DNA of 48,426 bases, filler included, from Circinaria calcarea (taxonomy: Eukaryota), in assembly GCA_051942165.1 (NCBI GenBank). It is 2 parts of 2 records of this genome, joined end to end, with 100 filler letters (N's around TTAATTAATTAA, not from the genome) between each part and the next. Parts side by side here need not be neighbours in the genome. Positions count along the whole stretch, not along the records: positions 24,267 to 48,426 come from JAVECS010000111.1; 1 more part is not named here. One strand, 5' to 3'. The translations under genes and the position numbers were made by a program. The notes below the pieces were generated by a model. It did no database searches. It saw nothing but the letters and a program-made list of their open reading frames with translations, and had not been told where the DNA came from. Every line of letters starts with the position of its first letter. Within the stretch, counting starts at the first letter, position 1. Positions 37,641 to 48,426 of this stretch are shown here, one piece after another.

Positions 37641-39010
37641 CTAAAAGCCCATGGCGCCAGGCTTATACAGAGTGATATTGACGTGTGGAGGTAGAGCGTT
37701 TAGTCCTGTGATTGGAAAGTCTGCGTCAGCAAGCACACTTTGTATACCCGATTAGTTCAAGTCATACACAACTCGTTATCGCACAAGGGTGAAGCGGAAG
37801 GACTATTTAGAACCAAGAACATCGAGAGGGCTTCATACCCGTGATATCTGCAGACCTTTTCTTCTTCACCCGACTATTCATACTAGCCTGTCGTGGTGTC
37901 ACTTGAGGACTGTAGAACGCCTTGCCACCTACCCGTCGCTGTAACGGGTGCTTAAGGCAAATGTGAATAAGCGTATCCAGGGCGGTCCGAATCTGTTTCC
38001 AAGTGAGGACAATGGAAAGGCTAGAGGCAATGATAACGCCACAGATATCTGGGTAAGATTAGCTAACACAATATTGCCAAAGAGCTTACGCATTTCCTTA
38101 CTTGAAGAGAGAATCTTGGGTGCGCCTGGGGTTAGGTTGATCGAATCAGACGGAGCTCCGAGTGCAGAGTACTCCAAGTGAAAGCAGTCTGTAATGTGAG
38201 GAGTGCCTAATTTAGAATCACATTCGTATGTCATTTCATCCGCTCCTACAGAGGCTTGCCACCAGGGCATTGTGGAACCGGAGAGGATCATTTCGTCCAT
38301 TCTCTTGCTCATTGCTTGTGCTGCTCTGGCATATGCCTGCCGCATCGCCGGTAGCGTAGCTCTGGCTTCGGCCGTAAGATCAGTGCTGAAACGAAACGGG
38401 ATCATGGGATCCCTGTCGCCTGGTTGGTCTTCCCCACTGATGCTGGAAACAGTAACCGTAATGAATGAGGACGAGGACGCTACAAGCATATCGTGATCGT
38501 GGGTTAGTGGAAGTCTTGAAATCTGCAAGCGACAAGAAAATTCTTACGGAAAGGACCTAAGTAATTCGTCGGAGCTTGGAGAATATATCTTCGTAAATTC
38601 CCAAACTGCCTCGTCACAAAGCCGCCGCGACCATTTGCCGCAACGCAGCGGCTGATAAGATGGCCTACCGATCCACGTATTTCATTGGGTACAAGCGTCA
38701 TTCTCTCGACGCGAGTGGCAGGTCCGGCTTTTTCGAGTAGGATTACGCAGCTGCCTAACGGTCGAGTAATTCAGCATCCAGACTCATAGCATTTCGAGAT
38801 AGTCGAGGGTCATTTTTACTGACCATGTTGGCCTGTCCATGGCAGAGTGTACGATCCTTCAGTACCACTGACGATGTATGGAACCGGTACATCGCCGACA
38901 GGCAGTTGGCTCTGCGCATTCAAACACTCCCTTACACTAAGATTTTCTCCAAACTCTGCAGCACAGGAAGAAAAGTCTGGTGGAACAGGTGCAGATATAG
39001 ACAGAGACAT
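37641..39010 (-). CDS. Cys-rich, probably secreted two-module protein of unknown function (true 5' end uncertain)
   Basis: Hand-spliced 5 exons: CAAEFGENLSVRECLNAQSQLP...CVAANGRGGF...YECDSKLGTPHITDC...WKQIRTALDTLIHIC...GGKAF...KKKR...GLNALPPHVNITL, stop at 37641-37643; no signal peptide visible in the exons I could place. Confidence 0.7.
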
Positions 39011-39765
39011 TGTTTCATTCGATGAGCTGAGGAGGGTGGACTGCCTAGGTTATAGTGATCTGTGGTGTCAGGTAACCCGCCGGCTGCAAATTGAAACAGC
39101 ACATGAAACATGTGCATGAAATCCTTGCAAACGGGTAAGTGATGGGAGTGAGATTATAGTCGCCAAGTGTAGGACACAAGCTCTGGGAACATTGAGACGA
39201 TGCTAATCCCCGTTTGTCAGAAGACAGGTAATTTTTTCTATCAAGATAGCAAAAGAAGCTGTTACAGTAGCAGCAATGGCTCAATTAGCTATGAGGCTAA
39301 AACCAAGCAGATATAGTAGAAAGCCCGCCAGTCGCTAATATGCACCGCGTTGTACAGGAGAAAGCATGAGGTGTGTTAAAGAAGGGCAGAATCTGAGACG
39401 GAGTTTAATCTTCTGCTTGAGGAACGGTAACATGACCCTGACTGGTAGAGATATAGATAATAGAATGAATTGTCGGTTGCAGCCCCATCGTATTTCAGTG
39501 AATTAGGATAATGATTCAACACCATCACCAATTTGGTTTCCATAATTCATAAGCCTCCTCCCACCGAGTCAAGAAAAGAGAAGGGATGGGGGGGGGAAGG
39601 CCGCATGTATGGAGAGAAGGTAGCCAAGAACGTTTATAAGTTAACCGACTTGTAGACCTCCCTGATCACATGTCATTTGCTAGGGTACCTACAGCAAACA
39701 CTTGTATGCCCAACCTCCGTCGCATCGAAAAATAGGCATGAGAAGCGCATGATGAGCTCCGCAGA

Positions 39766-40954
39766 ATGCTCGAGTTCCGCACTCAAGGCTTCAATGGCTA
39801 CGCCGTCAAATACTCCCCTTTCTTCGACTCCCGCATCGCCGTCGCATCCTCCGCCAACTTTGGCCTTGTCGGTAACGGTCGACTTTACATCCTCGGCCTG
39901 ACACCGCGAGGGATCGTGGCCGAGAAATGGTCAGTAGAAAGGCGGTCCAACGTTGCCCAAATACCTAGGCGAAGCGCTCATCTGTCTGGCTCAAAGGTTT
40001 GACACCCAAGACTCCCTTTACGACCTTTCCTGGTCCGAAACCCACGAGAACCAAATTGTCGTTGCCGCGGGAGATGGCTCCATCAAGCTCTTTGATATCG
40101 CTCTCGACGAGTTTCCAGTCCAATCATGGCAGGAACATAAGCGTGAGGTCTTTGCCGTGCATTGGAACCTGGTTGCCAAAGATACCTTTTGCTCCAGCTC
40201 CTGGGACGGTTGTATCAAAATCGTACGTCTTCCTGCCAACCGCATCCATGCCCGCATATGATAACGAGTTCACATCTGCTAGTGGAACCCTCACCGCACC
40301 GAGTCCCTCGTTACCCTCCCCACACACTCTTGTACATATAGCGCCTCCTTCTCCCCGCACTCCCCCTCCGTCCTCTCCTCCGTCTCTTCAGACTCCCAGC
40401 TCCGAATCTTCGATCTCCGTACCCCTGCATCCGTCTCGAACCACCTTACCCTCTCTATCCCGCTCCACACTCCCCCCCAAATCCGCCCTGGCTTAGCGCC
40501 TTCAAGCGGTATCCCTCCCGCCGAGGCCCTCACGCACGACTGGAACAAGTATCGGGATACGATTATCGCAGCGGCTGGGGTGGATCGTTTGATCCGGACG
40601 TTTGATATCAGAGCACCACATCAAGGGCCCGCAGCTATATTGCCGGGACACGATTATGCGGTGAGAAAGGTTACCTGGAGTCCACATCTCTCCGATGTTT
40701 TGCTCAGTGCGAGTTACGACATGACGTGTCGGGTGTGGACGGACGGAACCGCAATGGGGCACGGGAAAGAAGAAAGGGCGATGGGCGATCAGTTGGCTTT
40801 TGGCGCGGGGAGAGAATTGGGGAAGATGGGAAGGCATACGGAGTTTGTGATTGGAGTCGACTGGTGTCTGTTTGGCTCCGAAGGTTGGTGTGCCAGTTGC
40901 GGGTGGGATGAACGGCTGCTCGTGTGGGATGTTAGGTCTATCATGGGCTCATGA
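39766..40954 (+). CDS. PEX7: Peroxisomal targeting signal 2 receptor (WD40)
   Basis: MLEFRTQGFNGYAVKYSPFFDSRIAVASSANFGLVGNGRL; exons 39766-39929, 39997-~40222, ~40282-40954; EALTHDWNKY, HTEFVIGVDW. Confidence 0.96.
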
Positions 40955-41270
40955 GGGGCGTACAGCGCATTCAATAAGCTCGGTTGAGGTTCTTCAAGCT
41001 ACATTTGGAGGGACATTTATCCAGACGACATAGACCATGAGAGGGGAAGAATGTAAAGCAGGAAGCGGATGAGTTTGGCTAGCTAGAGCTAGTATAGTGG
41101 TACAAGTCATAACCTAATGACTGTATGCAGACGCAATGGATAGATCCCACGCAGAAGAGCTTACGGCTACTTCTACCACCCAGAGCACCCACCGAAGCAT
41201 TCCAGCACCACCACCACATGATTGGGTATCAACGTTCATTTGCGAACATGCAACAACCTACTCATCATCT

Positions 41271-44251
41271 CTAGAGCCAAGGAGCGGAGGAGTTAGCCTC
41301 ACTCCCACTCAGGTGAATGCTCTTCAACGTATCCGCCCCGATGCTTCTCTTATTCTTCAGTGCCAACTCCTGAATCTGTCTGAGCTTCTCCTCCGAAGTC
41401 TTATTTTTGGATACTGCTATGGGAACGCCCAGAATCTTTGACTTGTTACGCATTTCACCCCAGATTCGATGTGCTTCGTCGGGGAGATCCCATTTTGAAG
41501 CATGACGGCTTACCGTTCTACCTCCCGACGGATGACGCGACATGTCTTTTGAGTTGCGCTTGGCATTATTGGAAAAGGTTCGGGGAACCTCGACGTTCTT
41601 TGGAGCCTCGTCGGTAACAGGAAACCAGTCTCGTGGTTTGAAGTTAGAAACATCAGAAAGGCTTCTCTCGGAAGGGTCAGATGGGACCGTACTGGACCGG
41701 CGGTCCGCGACTTGGGTGACCTCGTTGATAGCAAATGTTACTTTGTGAGGCTCGCCTCCTGGTAAGTCATAGCGCTCTATTACGCGCGCTTGGTATTTGA
41801 GTTCTTCATTGACCAGTTTGATAAACTCGGGACAGACAGAAAGGCTACCATCTTGGCCAAATTCCTTGCGTAACATCTTCAGGGCATACCGAGGTGCATG
41901 ATGTACGGCCAGACAATAGACGGCCTTCTTCTGTAAGTCTGGAGAGTTTCCACAAATGATGGGTGCTTTCCTACGGCTCGTACTCGAGGACATACAACCT
42001 CGATCCGGTATAAGAAGTTGCTTCTGAATCCGCGCTTCCGACTTTACGGAGCATTCGGTACCGATAGGTAGCAATGAATGCCCATACTTCAATCGTGCTC
42101 TGAGTACCGTAATGGAATTATCCTCCAACAAAACTTCCAGTTCTTTCCATAGATCGGGCGAGTACGACTTGGTTCCTGGTGCAATAGTGGTGCTAGTCAA
42201 AGGTGATAATCCTTCAATGGTGGGACCAACCTTGACCTTGACGAGAACCGTAAAATGCTCTCCTGGACGAAGAGTTTCAAATCTGCACCGACCCATGATA
42301 CCTTCGATGATACAGTTAGGACCAGGTTTGAAATCCAGTGTCAACTGTTTCAATCTACCGTATCCTGCTCCGCTTCTTGCTTGGAGAACCAACTTGGTCA
42401 AAGCTCCACTAATCTCGGTTTGGCCTGCTCTATGTATTGACTGCGGAATCACGTCACTTTTCGAAGATAATGAAGAGAGTCGTCGCCATCCGTTTGATTG
42501 GTCTTCGTGCTGGCTTGGCCAAAGTAGAACACCGGCACTTAGATAATGCAACTGCACTTTGTCGTCCATGTCGTCAGCTGCCACTTCGATTGCAGTCACA
42601 CCAGGGTTGGAGGTTAGCACAATGACATGTCCTTGAGTCAACCTTTCTCCCTTGCCGTTGCTCGTATCTAACGTGGACTGCGTGAGAAGGCTTCGAGCTT
42701 TCTCAATTGCCAGTCCTAGATGATCTGCCTCAGGCTTCCTCGACGTATTGACTATTCGATCCACAAAAGTTCGCGTTCGAAGGGGATTAATCTTTCCGAG
42801 TGGTAATGTAGGACCGATTGTGTCCAGATCCGAGGCGTGAGTGCACAATACAGCAAGACGGTCGCATGTCTCATCAAGGATAGATGTGATGAACGAGGTG
42901 GCTTCGCAACTCGCCATAAGGGTTGCCGGTGACGTGAATGTTCTATTAAGCAGCCTCAGGATCAGCTGACGATTGATGGCCCACTTACCCGAGCAACTTA
43001 CGAATTATCTACCACTACGACAACATCAAGTCGTGTCTCGGGTACCAAGGGATAGCTTTGACTTCGAGCTACCTGGTCGACACCTTCAACTTCGACCGCT
43101 ACGTATAGGTATTGACCACCATCAGCATCAAAACAACGCTTCTCTGGAGTCAGCCGTAACTCTGCGCCGATGACAGGAGAATCCCTGGGAGTGGAGAGTA
43201 TGGTAGGTGTTGGAACAGCTGGAATCATGTCCATTGAGGCAGTGGTGGTCGTTGATGTGACGTGTGATTTGGGTGGACTTGGAAAAGCGGCGAGGGCCTG
43301 ATCGAGATCACTCTCAATTGAAGACTCGGTTGCTACGCTCGTCATGGTAGTGGCTGTCGAACTCGGCCGGGGACCTCGAGAGGTCTCCTGTCCGTTGTAC
43401 AAAAGCGGTGGCCAACTTTCACGACCACTGGGAGCGTCCATGGCTGTTCGGCGTGTACTGGTTCTGGCCCCGAAGCTACTCATGACCTTGTTGAAGAAAC
43501 GATGCCTGGAAAAGAGTTGACCGTCTTGGGTATGTGCACATCGAGATCCATCTAGGGCGACAAAGTCATGATGAGGCAAATGCCTGCTGTCGAGCTCTCT
43601 TGCGCTCTGGCTTCGTCGATGGGCTTGAGTCGAGGGAAGAGTAAGCGCCGGCAACGTGAGAGACTCTGCTTCACTGACACGAGATGTTGCTTGCCGGTAG
43701 TCCCCAACGGTGCTGGACCGACCGGATGCTTGTGCGATCTGATGCGAAGGTGGATTGGAGATGAAGGGATCAGGATCCATTATCCCGACTGACTGGGAGA
43801 CAATTGACGTAACACGGGGTACGGATAGATCCGTGTGCTGGCGCCGATCCTCGGATAAGAACAACAGACCGCGAGCAGCCGCTGTGGTGTGAGGGTAACG
43901 GCTATCAGCTCTGCGCTGCTTCCGTACCATGAGCATGTTCGAATTGGCTGGTGACGGGGAGAGCCTTGGCGCTGGGGGTTCTTCGAAAGTTACCGTGCTG
44001 ATGATGCTGTCCGAGTCCACGTCCGTGTAGCCAAATCCGGATTTCGCCGTCGTCCTGCGATGTCTGATGGGGCTCCGGATGCTTGTAGGTGAAGCCACCA
44101 GCGTGGTGTCCGTGTTACTTGACGAGAACCTCGAGGTCGTCGTAGAGGACCCCGAGTTTCGCTTCAAGATGCGAAGTGGTTTGGGCGTAGGATCGTCATG
44201 CTCCGAGGCAGATGGACTCGACCTCTGCCCTGACTCGCCCATCTCATCCAT
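41271..44251 (-). CDS. Large protein with disordered Ser/Thr-rich N-terminus and vWA-like domain
   Basis: Two long exons joined near 42945-43007: LDVVVVVDNS|TFTSPATL...DRLAVLCT...HVIVLTSNP; C-terminal ALKNKRSIGADTLKS. Confidence 0.75.
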
Positions 44252-44415
44252 TGCGCTGGTCAATATAAAAGCAATAACGATTACTCAGCTGGATGACGTC
44301 GATAAAGACTGCTACAGGTAAGTGAGGTGGATCGGTACAACAGATGGCTGACGGTGTAAGGTGGAAATTAAGGTAGAAGGTGCAAGGTAAAGGCAAGGGT
44401 AAGCGACGTCCAGTC

Positions 44416-44688
44416 TTAGCGCGTCCGAGCTACGTGAGCTTTGGGGATTTGCTGGTTAGGGCAAGGATTGCCGAGTCCCTCCAAATCAAAAGATAGGGCG
44501 GTACTGTCGCTGCTATCACTCGACGACTCCACCGTCGACGACTGCCTCCAGTTTCTGCGTTGGGAGCGGCGAGAAGACCACAACGAATGCCACTCGGAAC
44601 ACTTGATCGCACCGTACGCGATGCCTATGACGAGAACAATTGGTAGAAGGAGAAGAAGACCATGGAAGTTCCGATAGTCATCATCCAT
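44416..44688 (-). CDS. Putative 90-aa single-pass membrane microprotein
   Basis: ATG, then TM segment LLLLLPIVLVIGIAYGAI, basic cluster RRSQRR (positive-inside rule) and Ser-rich tail ending PKAHVARTR. Confidence 0.45.
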   Translation of the reverse strand: MDDDYRNFHGLLLLLPIVLVIGIAYGAIKCSEWHSLWSSRRSQRRNWRQSSTVESSSDSSDSTALSFDLEGLGNPCPNQQIPKAHVARTR

Positions 44689-45458
44689 TGATAGCCAAAT
44701 CGAAGGCAGTGATAGGGGTCATCTACCACCAACGTTATCACCACCCTTTCTAGCGTGAGATTGGTGGCCGCCTGGTAGACGCTGCTCAGGTTGTCCTGGA
44801 TCTCTGCCAGGAGTTCTGGAGCGGTGGCGAGTGCCAACTCCAGGGTAGTCTGTTTCTTGTTAGCCACTGAGATTAACAGCCGCTCTTGATAGAATGGCTA
44901 CCTTAAAGTCCCTTGCTACCAAGGGTAAATAGTGGATGTCCTTTTGAAGCTTTGAAATGCAGGAGAAAATGCCATACGTAACCAACCAACAAAATGCGCC
45001 GGTAACTGCAAGGTCTACTCTGTACTTTGGGTGCCGCCTCCAGCAGTATGGAAGCAGGGTGATGAAGAGGTGGAGTTTGAACAGTAACCACTCGATAAGC
45101 CTGCATTATAGAATGTTATTAACCGTAATACAGTGCAGCAATTTCTCGGATGCCCTTTGAAAGCAACGTTGCAGCAAGCACTCGAGAAGTTAGGATCGAG
45201 AAATTGTACGTACCGCAGTAGTCTTCGCAATAGCCTTGATTGCCGAGTCTTCAATGCCGATAAGATGCCTTGCGTAATGAGGACGATGATGTACTCCAGC
45301 ACTTTCGGAATAGAACCGTAGGGAATCCTCCGCACAATGGGGTTTCCTGGTAGTTTCGTGGCTTCGGGGGGAATTTGTGTCAGGCAGACATGTATGTACA
45401 CCTCGAGCAGCAAGTCAATCTGGACTTCTGAAGGTCTCCAGCCACTGCCACTGACCAT
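44625..45458 (-). CDS. Putative three-exon 222-aa hydrophobic orphan protein
   Basis: Exons 45458-45214, 45100-44902 and 44849-44625 join in phase without stops; donors GTACGT and GTAGCC; second intron 52 nt with GCTAAC branch and CAG acceptor. Confidence 0.45.
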
Positions 45459-46137
45459 TGACTGATCGAGGCTCTCACAGGTGACGCCTTACAATAGCAC
45501 CCAAAACGTATCGACGAGGTCTATCAAGGATGTCGAAAAGCGAATAGCCGTAAATCTTGAGGGCCAAGTAGAGAACACCGAAGGATACGACAAATGCAAA
45601 GGTGGCAAGCGCTATTATCCCACTTTCCTCCATCAGCCGATAAATGATATTAGCCTTCCAAACAATTGAGTCGTCCGTGGATAGAACGGAGAAGGTTGAC
45701 TGGTTCGTACAATTGAAGGATCAGTTTGCTCACGTATCGGTATAGGAACTAGGCAGATGCTATAAGGTCGCTCATTGCCCCTATGACAGCTACTCCTAGA
45801 GTCCGGTTGTTCGCCGTTGCTGCTTTGCAATGGTAATGGGTCTCGTATCCTATGCTGACTTCTAAGGTACCTGTTCTTGTAGCTGTTGTTTATCGAATGC
45901 GATGGGTGATGGGTATAGTTGTGGAGGTCGGTGGAAGTTGTAAACTCTGACGAGATTTAAGAGTTGCTAATGTGACGGTGGAAGGGGAAACTGCTGTAAG
46001 AGGAGCGGATATCTTTGACATAATACTAGGAAGGCACCACTGGGGAGAACCCAATGTTGAGACATTTCAAACGCACAACATGTTGAAGCTGGAATGAGCA
46101 TCACTTTACGGAGCCAACGAACAGGAAGGGACTGAGC

Positions 46138-47303
46138 TCAATTATCTTTCCCCTTGAGAACATTCCTCCTAATCACTTCGGTTGTATTCTCATCTAAATC
46201 GAGGAAACGTATCTGAAGATCCTCCTTAGTGGGCATGAAGGGGTAGGATAATGAGGCGAACGTACCACTTCGTTACCATTACCACTGTTGTACAATACTG
46301 AATCTGATATGCTTGTGTTGACTGCCTTCCGAACCCGGTCAACCCATACTCCATCCCAATTCCACGTAGAAGGAGGTCGCTGGCTTGTGGCAACACTGTT
46401 CCCTACCCAACCGGCACTTGCTTCACCTGTAGGTGTTCCATCACTACGATCGTCCTGAGGAAAGCTCGTCTCGATTGAGATTCGCCGATGAGCTTGCCAA
46501 GCATGCCATGCTCCTGGATTTGCACAGTCCTGTAAATTCAGTTGATCTAGAATCTCTTCATCCTCTAGAACGGCTTTGACATATTGCAATACTCCCAGGA
46601 TGCCACTATAAGATGATCTCCTATTCGGTGGTGATCTCTGTTGAAGTGGCTTAGCCCCACGCTCAACACCAAGGTCGGAAGTTGTTGGAGACGTAGATCT
46701 TCTTCCTTCAATCAGAGAAAACTCGCTACTCAAGCTCTCAGTGCCTTGCTGCTGCCCATCCTCGCTATAGGAGGGCGGAGAGCTAGCGCTACCCTCCGAT
46801 CCTTTGAACCAACCCGGAAAGCCACGCCTCAGGCTCAGTCCGCCGGGGGAAAGTTGTTCGCTATCATTCCGCTTTGTAGAGTCCAGCTTCCTGGAGCCAC
46901 TCGGGTTGGCATATGTGGTCAAGGGTGTAACAAGCGGATGGAAAATTTCGCTTTGGAAGGTGATCAATGGTGGTGAACGGGGATAATTGGAAGGGAAAGC
47001 TATTTGAAAACGAAGGACAGCCTGGGCATATGGACCTTTGATTGGTATTAGCTATGAGAACGTCTGTTAAGTACTGTCAAAATGTGACCTTTCCGAACCA
47101 AAAAGACCCCTGACCAGCCTGCTGGATTACCTGGAATTGGACTTAAATAGATGCCCTCTGGGCCGTGGGCCTTGAGAAACGAACTGTCAAACGACGTTGA
47201 TCAGCAAGGAGGGCCAATGCGACGTTGATATTCACCCTTACAACTCTAGTGATATGTGTTGATGTATAAGGCTTGGCCAATGCTGTTTGCGGTGAAGAAG
47301 CAT
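46138..47303 (-). CDS. Catalytically inactive UBC-fold protein (AKTIP/FTS-like)
   Basis: Spliced: GPEGIYLSP...WSGVFLVRKGPYAQAVLRFQIAFPSNYPRSPPLITFQSEIFHPLV...GGLSLR (no catalytic Cys)...NPGAWHAW...IRFLDLD. Confidence 0.82.
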
Positions 47304-47464
47304 GTTCGGGGATCTTCTCGTGATGACCGCCTCAAGATACGCTATTGTTTGTTTACATTCACACTCCGTGAATCATCCGAAATGATTGTTGTTTTCTAGT
47401 ACGAGCCCATTATACCAGGGTAGACAATAACATCTAGGCATCAAGATCACCATTCTACTCCGAC

Positions 47465-48426
47465 ATGATGTCTTGCTGCCAGGGTTTGCTAATGCCTTTT
47501 TTGTATCCATATCTGGAACAGTCCCGTCCCTCACTTCAACGAGCAACGAAGATCCTCTTCAAAAATTCCATTCCCAAGCGGTTTTTGTCAACCGTCCCGA
47601 ACATATCCAAAGCGTATGAATACGACTCATCAAAATTACCTCCGTCTGACAACCACCTTAACCCACCCCCAGAAGACTACGGAAGGACAATATTTGCCGA
47701 CAAATGTACCTTGACTCTGTATGCAGGTTCCGGTGGTCATGGGTGCGTATCGTTTTTGCGCGAAAAATACGTGTCCGCCGGGCCTGCCAATGGGGGTGAT
47801 GGTGGAAGTGGAGGGAATATTTACATCCAAGCTGTGCGGGGGGAGACTAGTCTACATAAGCTGGCACGGCGAGGCCTAGTGAAGGCTGGTAGAGGGAAGA
47901 ATGGTCAGGGCAAAAGTAAAGGGGGACAAAGGGGCGAGGACGTTCTGATACAAGTCCCGGTGGGTACCGTGGTTCGAGAAGTATCGAGGTACGATCCAGT
48001 GGCCGAGGAGGATGAAAGAAATAAATTGGCAGCCGGGACAGTGGAATCACTCGAAGGCGATGCACAAGAGAACTGGAAACCAGACAAGTGGATACTACAT
48101 CCGTCTTCGATGCCATTGGCATATGCTACCGCAGAGTTTCCACCTTTACCTAGACCCAGGAAGTCCAATCTTACACTATCACAGCCAGCCGCTCCAGTTC
48201 ACATTGATCTATCAGAACCCATGGAGAAGCCTATGCTGCTTGCTGCAGGAGCCGTGGGAGGGCTGGGAAATCCTCACTTTGTGACCCAGTCTATTCCACG
48301 TCCAAAGTTTGCGACTAGAGGTGAAGGTGGCATGAGAATAACATTGGAGCTCGAGCTTAAGCTTCTGGCGGACGTCGGTTTTGTCGGCTTACCAAATGCT
48401 GGGAAGAGCACACTACTCCGTGCGCT
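47465..48426 (+). CDS. MTG2: Obg-family mitochondrial GTPase, runs off window end
   Basis: FADKCTLTLYAGSGGHGCVSFLREKY...PANGGDGGSGG; GGLGNPHF; LELKLLADVGFVGLPNAGKSTLL. Confidence 0.93.
   Translation, partial: MMSCCQGLLMPFLYPYLEQSRPSLQRATKILFKNSIPKRFLSTVPNISKAYEYDSSKLPPSDNHLNPPPEDYGRTIFADKCTLTLYAGSGGHGCVSFLREKYVSAGPANGGDGGSGGNIYIQAVRGETSLHKLARRGLVKAGRGKNGQGKSKGGQRGEDVLIQVPVGTVVREVSRYDPVAEEDERNKLAAGTVESLEGDAQENWKPDKWILHPSSMPLAYATAEFPPLPRPRKSNLTLSQPAAPVHIDLSEPMEKPMLLAAGAVGGLGNPHFVTQSIPRPKFATRGEGGMRITLELELKLLADVGFVGLPNAGKSTLLRA

Noticed and set aside
1..48426. Transposons, rRNA, tRNA and the many antisense ORFs in the track
   Set aside because: No transposase, RT, LTR/TIR or tRNA/rRNA signature seen; antisense ORFs are shadows of the real genes

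Overview
Eukaryotic (filamentous ascomycete) genomic DNA. The evidence is short GT-AG introns with CTRAY branch sites and Pezizomycotina-type gene families; a lichen-forming lineage is a guess. There are about 21 protein genes. Housekeeping genes: acyl-CoA synthetase, Ca/cation exchanger, PTR2, BBE-like FAD oxidase, spermidine-synthase-like methyltransferase, CCDC97-like, NCL1/TRM4, JmjC, PEX7, AKTIP/FTS-like and MTG2. Four accessory stretches stand out. (1) A ~9 kb immunity-like island (7.2-16.3 kb) has a NACHT-ankyrin NLR head-to-head with a HeLo-like/kinase-like gene, plus a C2H2 gene carrying a C-terminal helical module. (2) A ~1.5 kb non-coding region (17.2-18.7 kb) has extensive plus-strand base-pairing and is a candidate long structured RNA; telomerase RNA is possible but no canonical template was found. 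(3) There are tandem Ser/His/Arg-rich orphan paralogs and a convergent pair of Cys-rich, probably secreted orphans. (4) Two previously uncalled, overlapping same-strand small membrane-protein ORFs lie between the AKTIP-like and vWA genes. A 100-bp artificial spacer (N44-TTAATTAATTAA-N44) at 24167-24266 means the two halves may not be contiguous. All gene models were spliced by hand, and family names come from motif recognition, not database searches.
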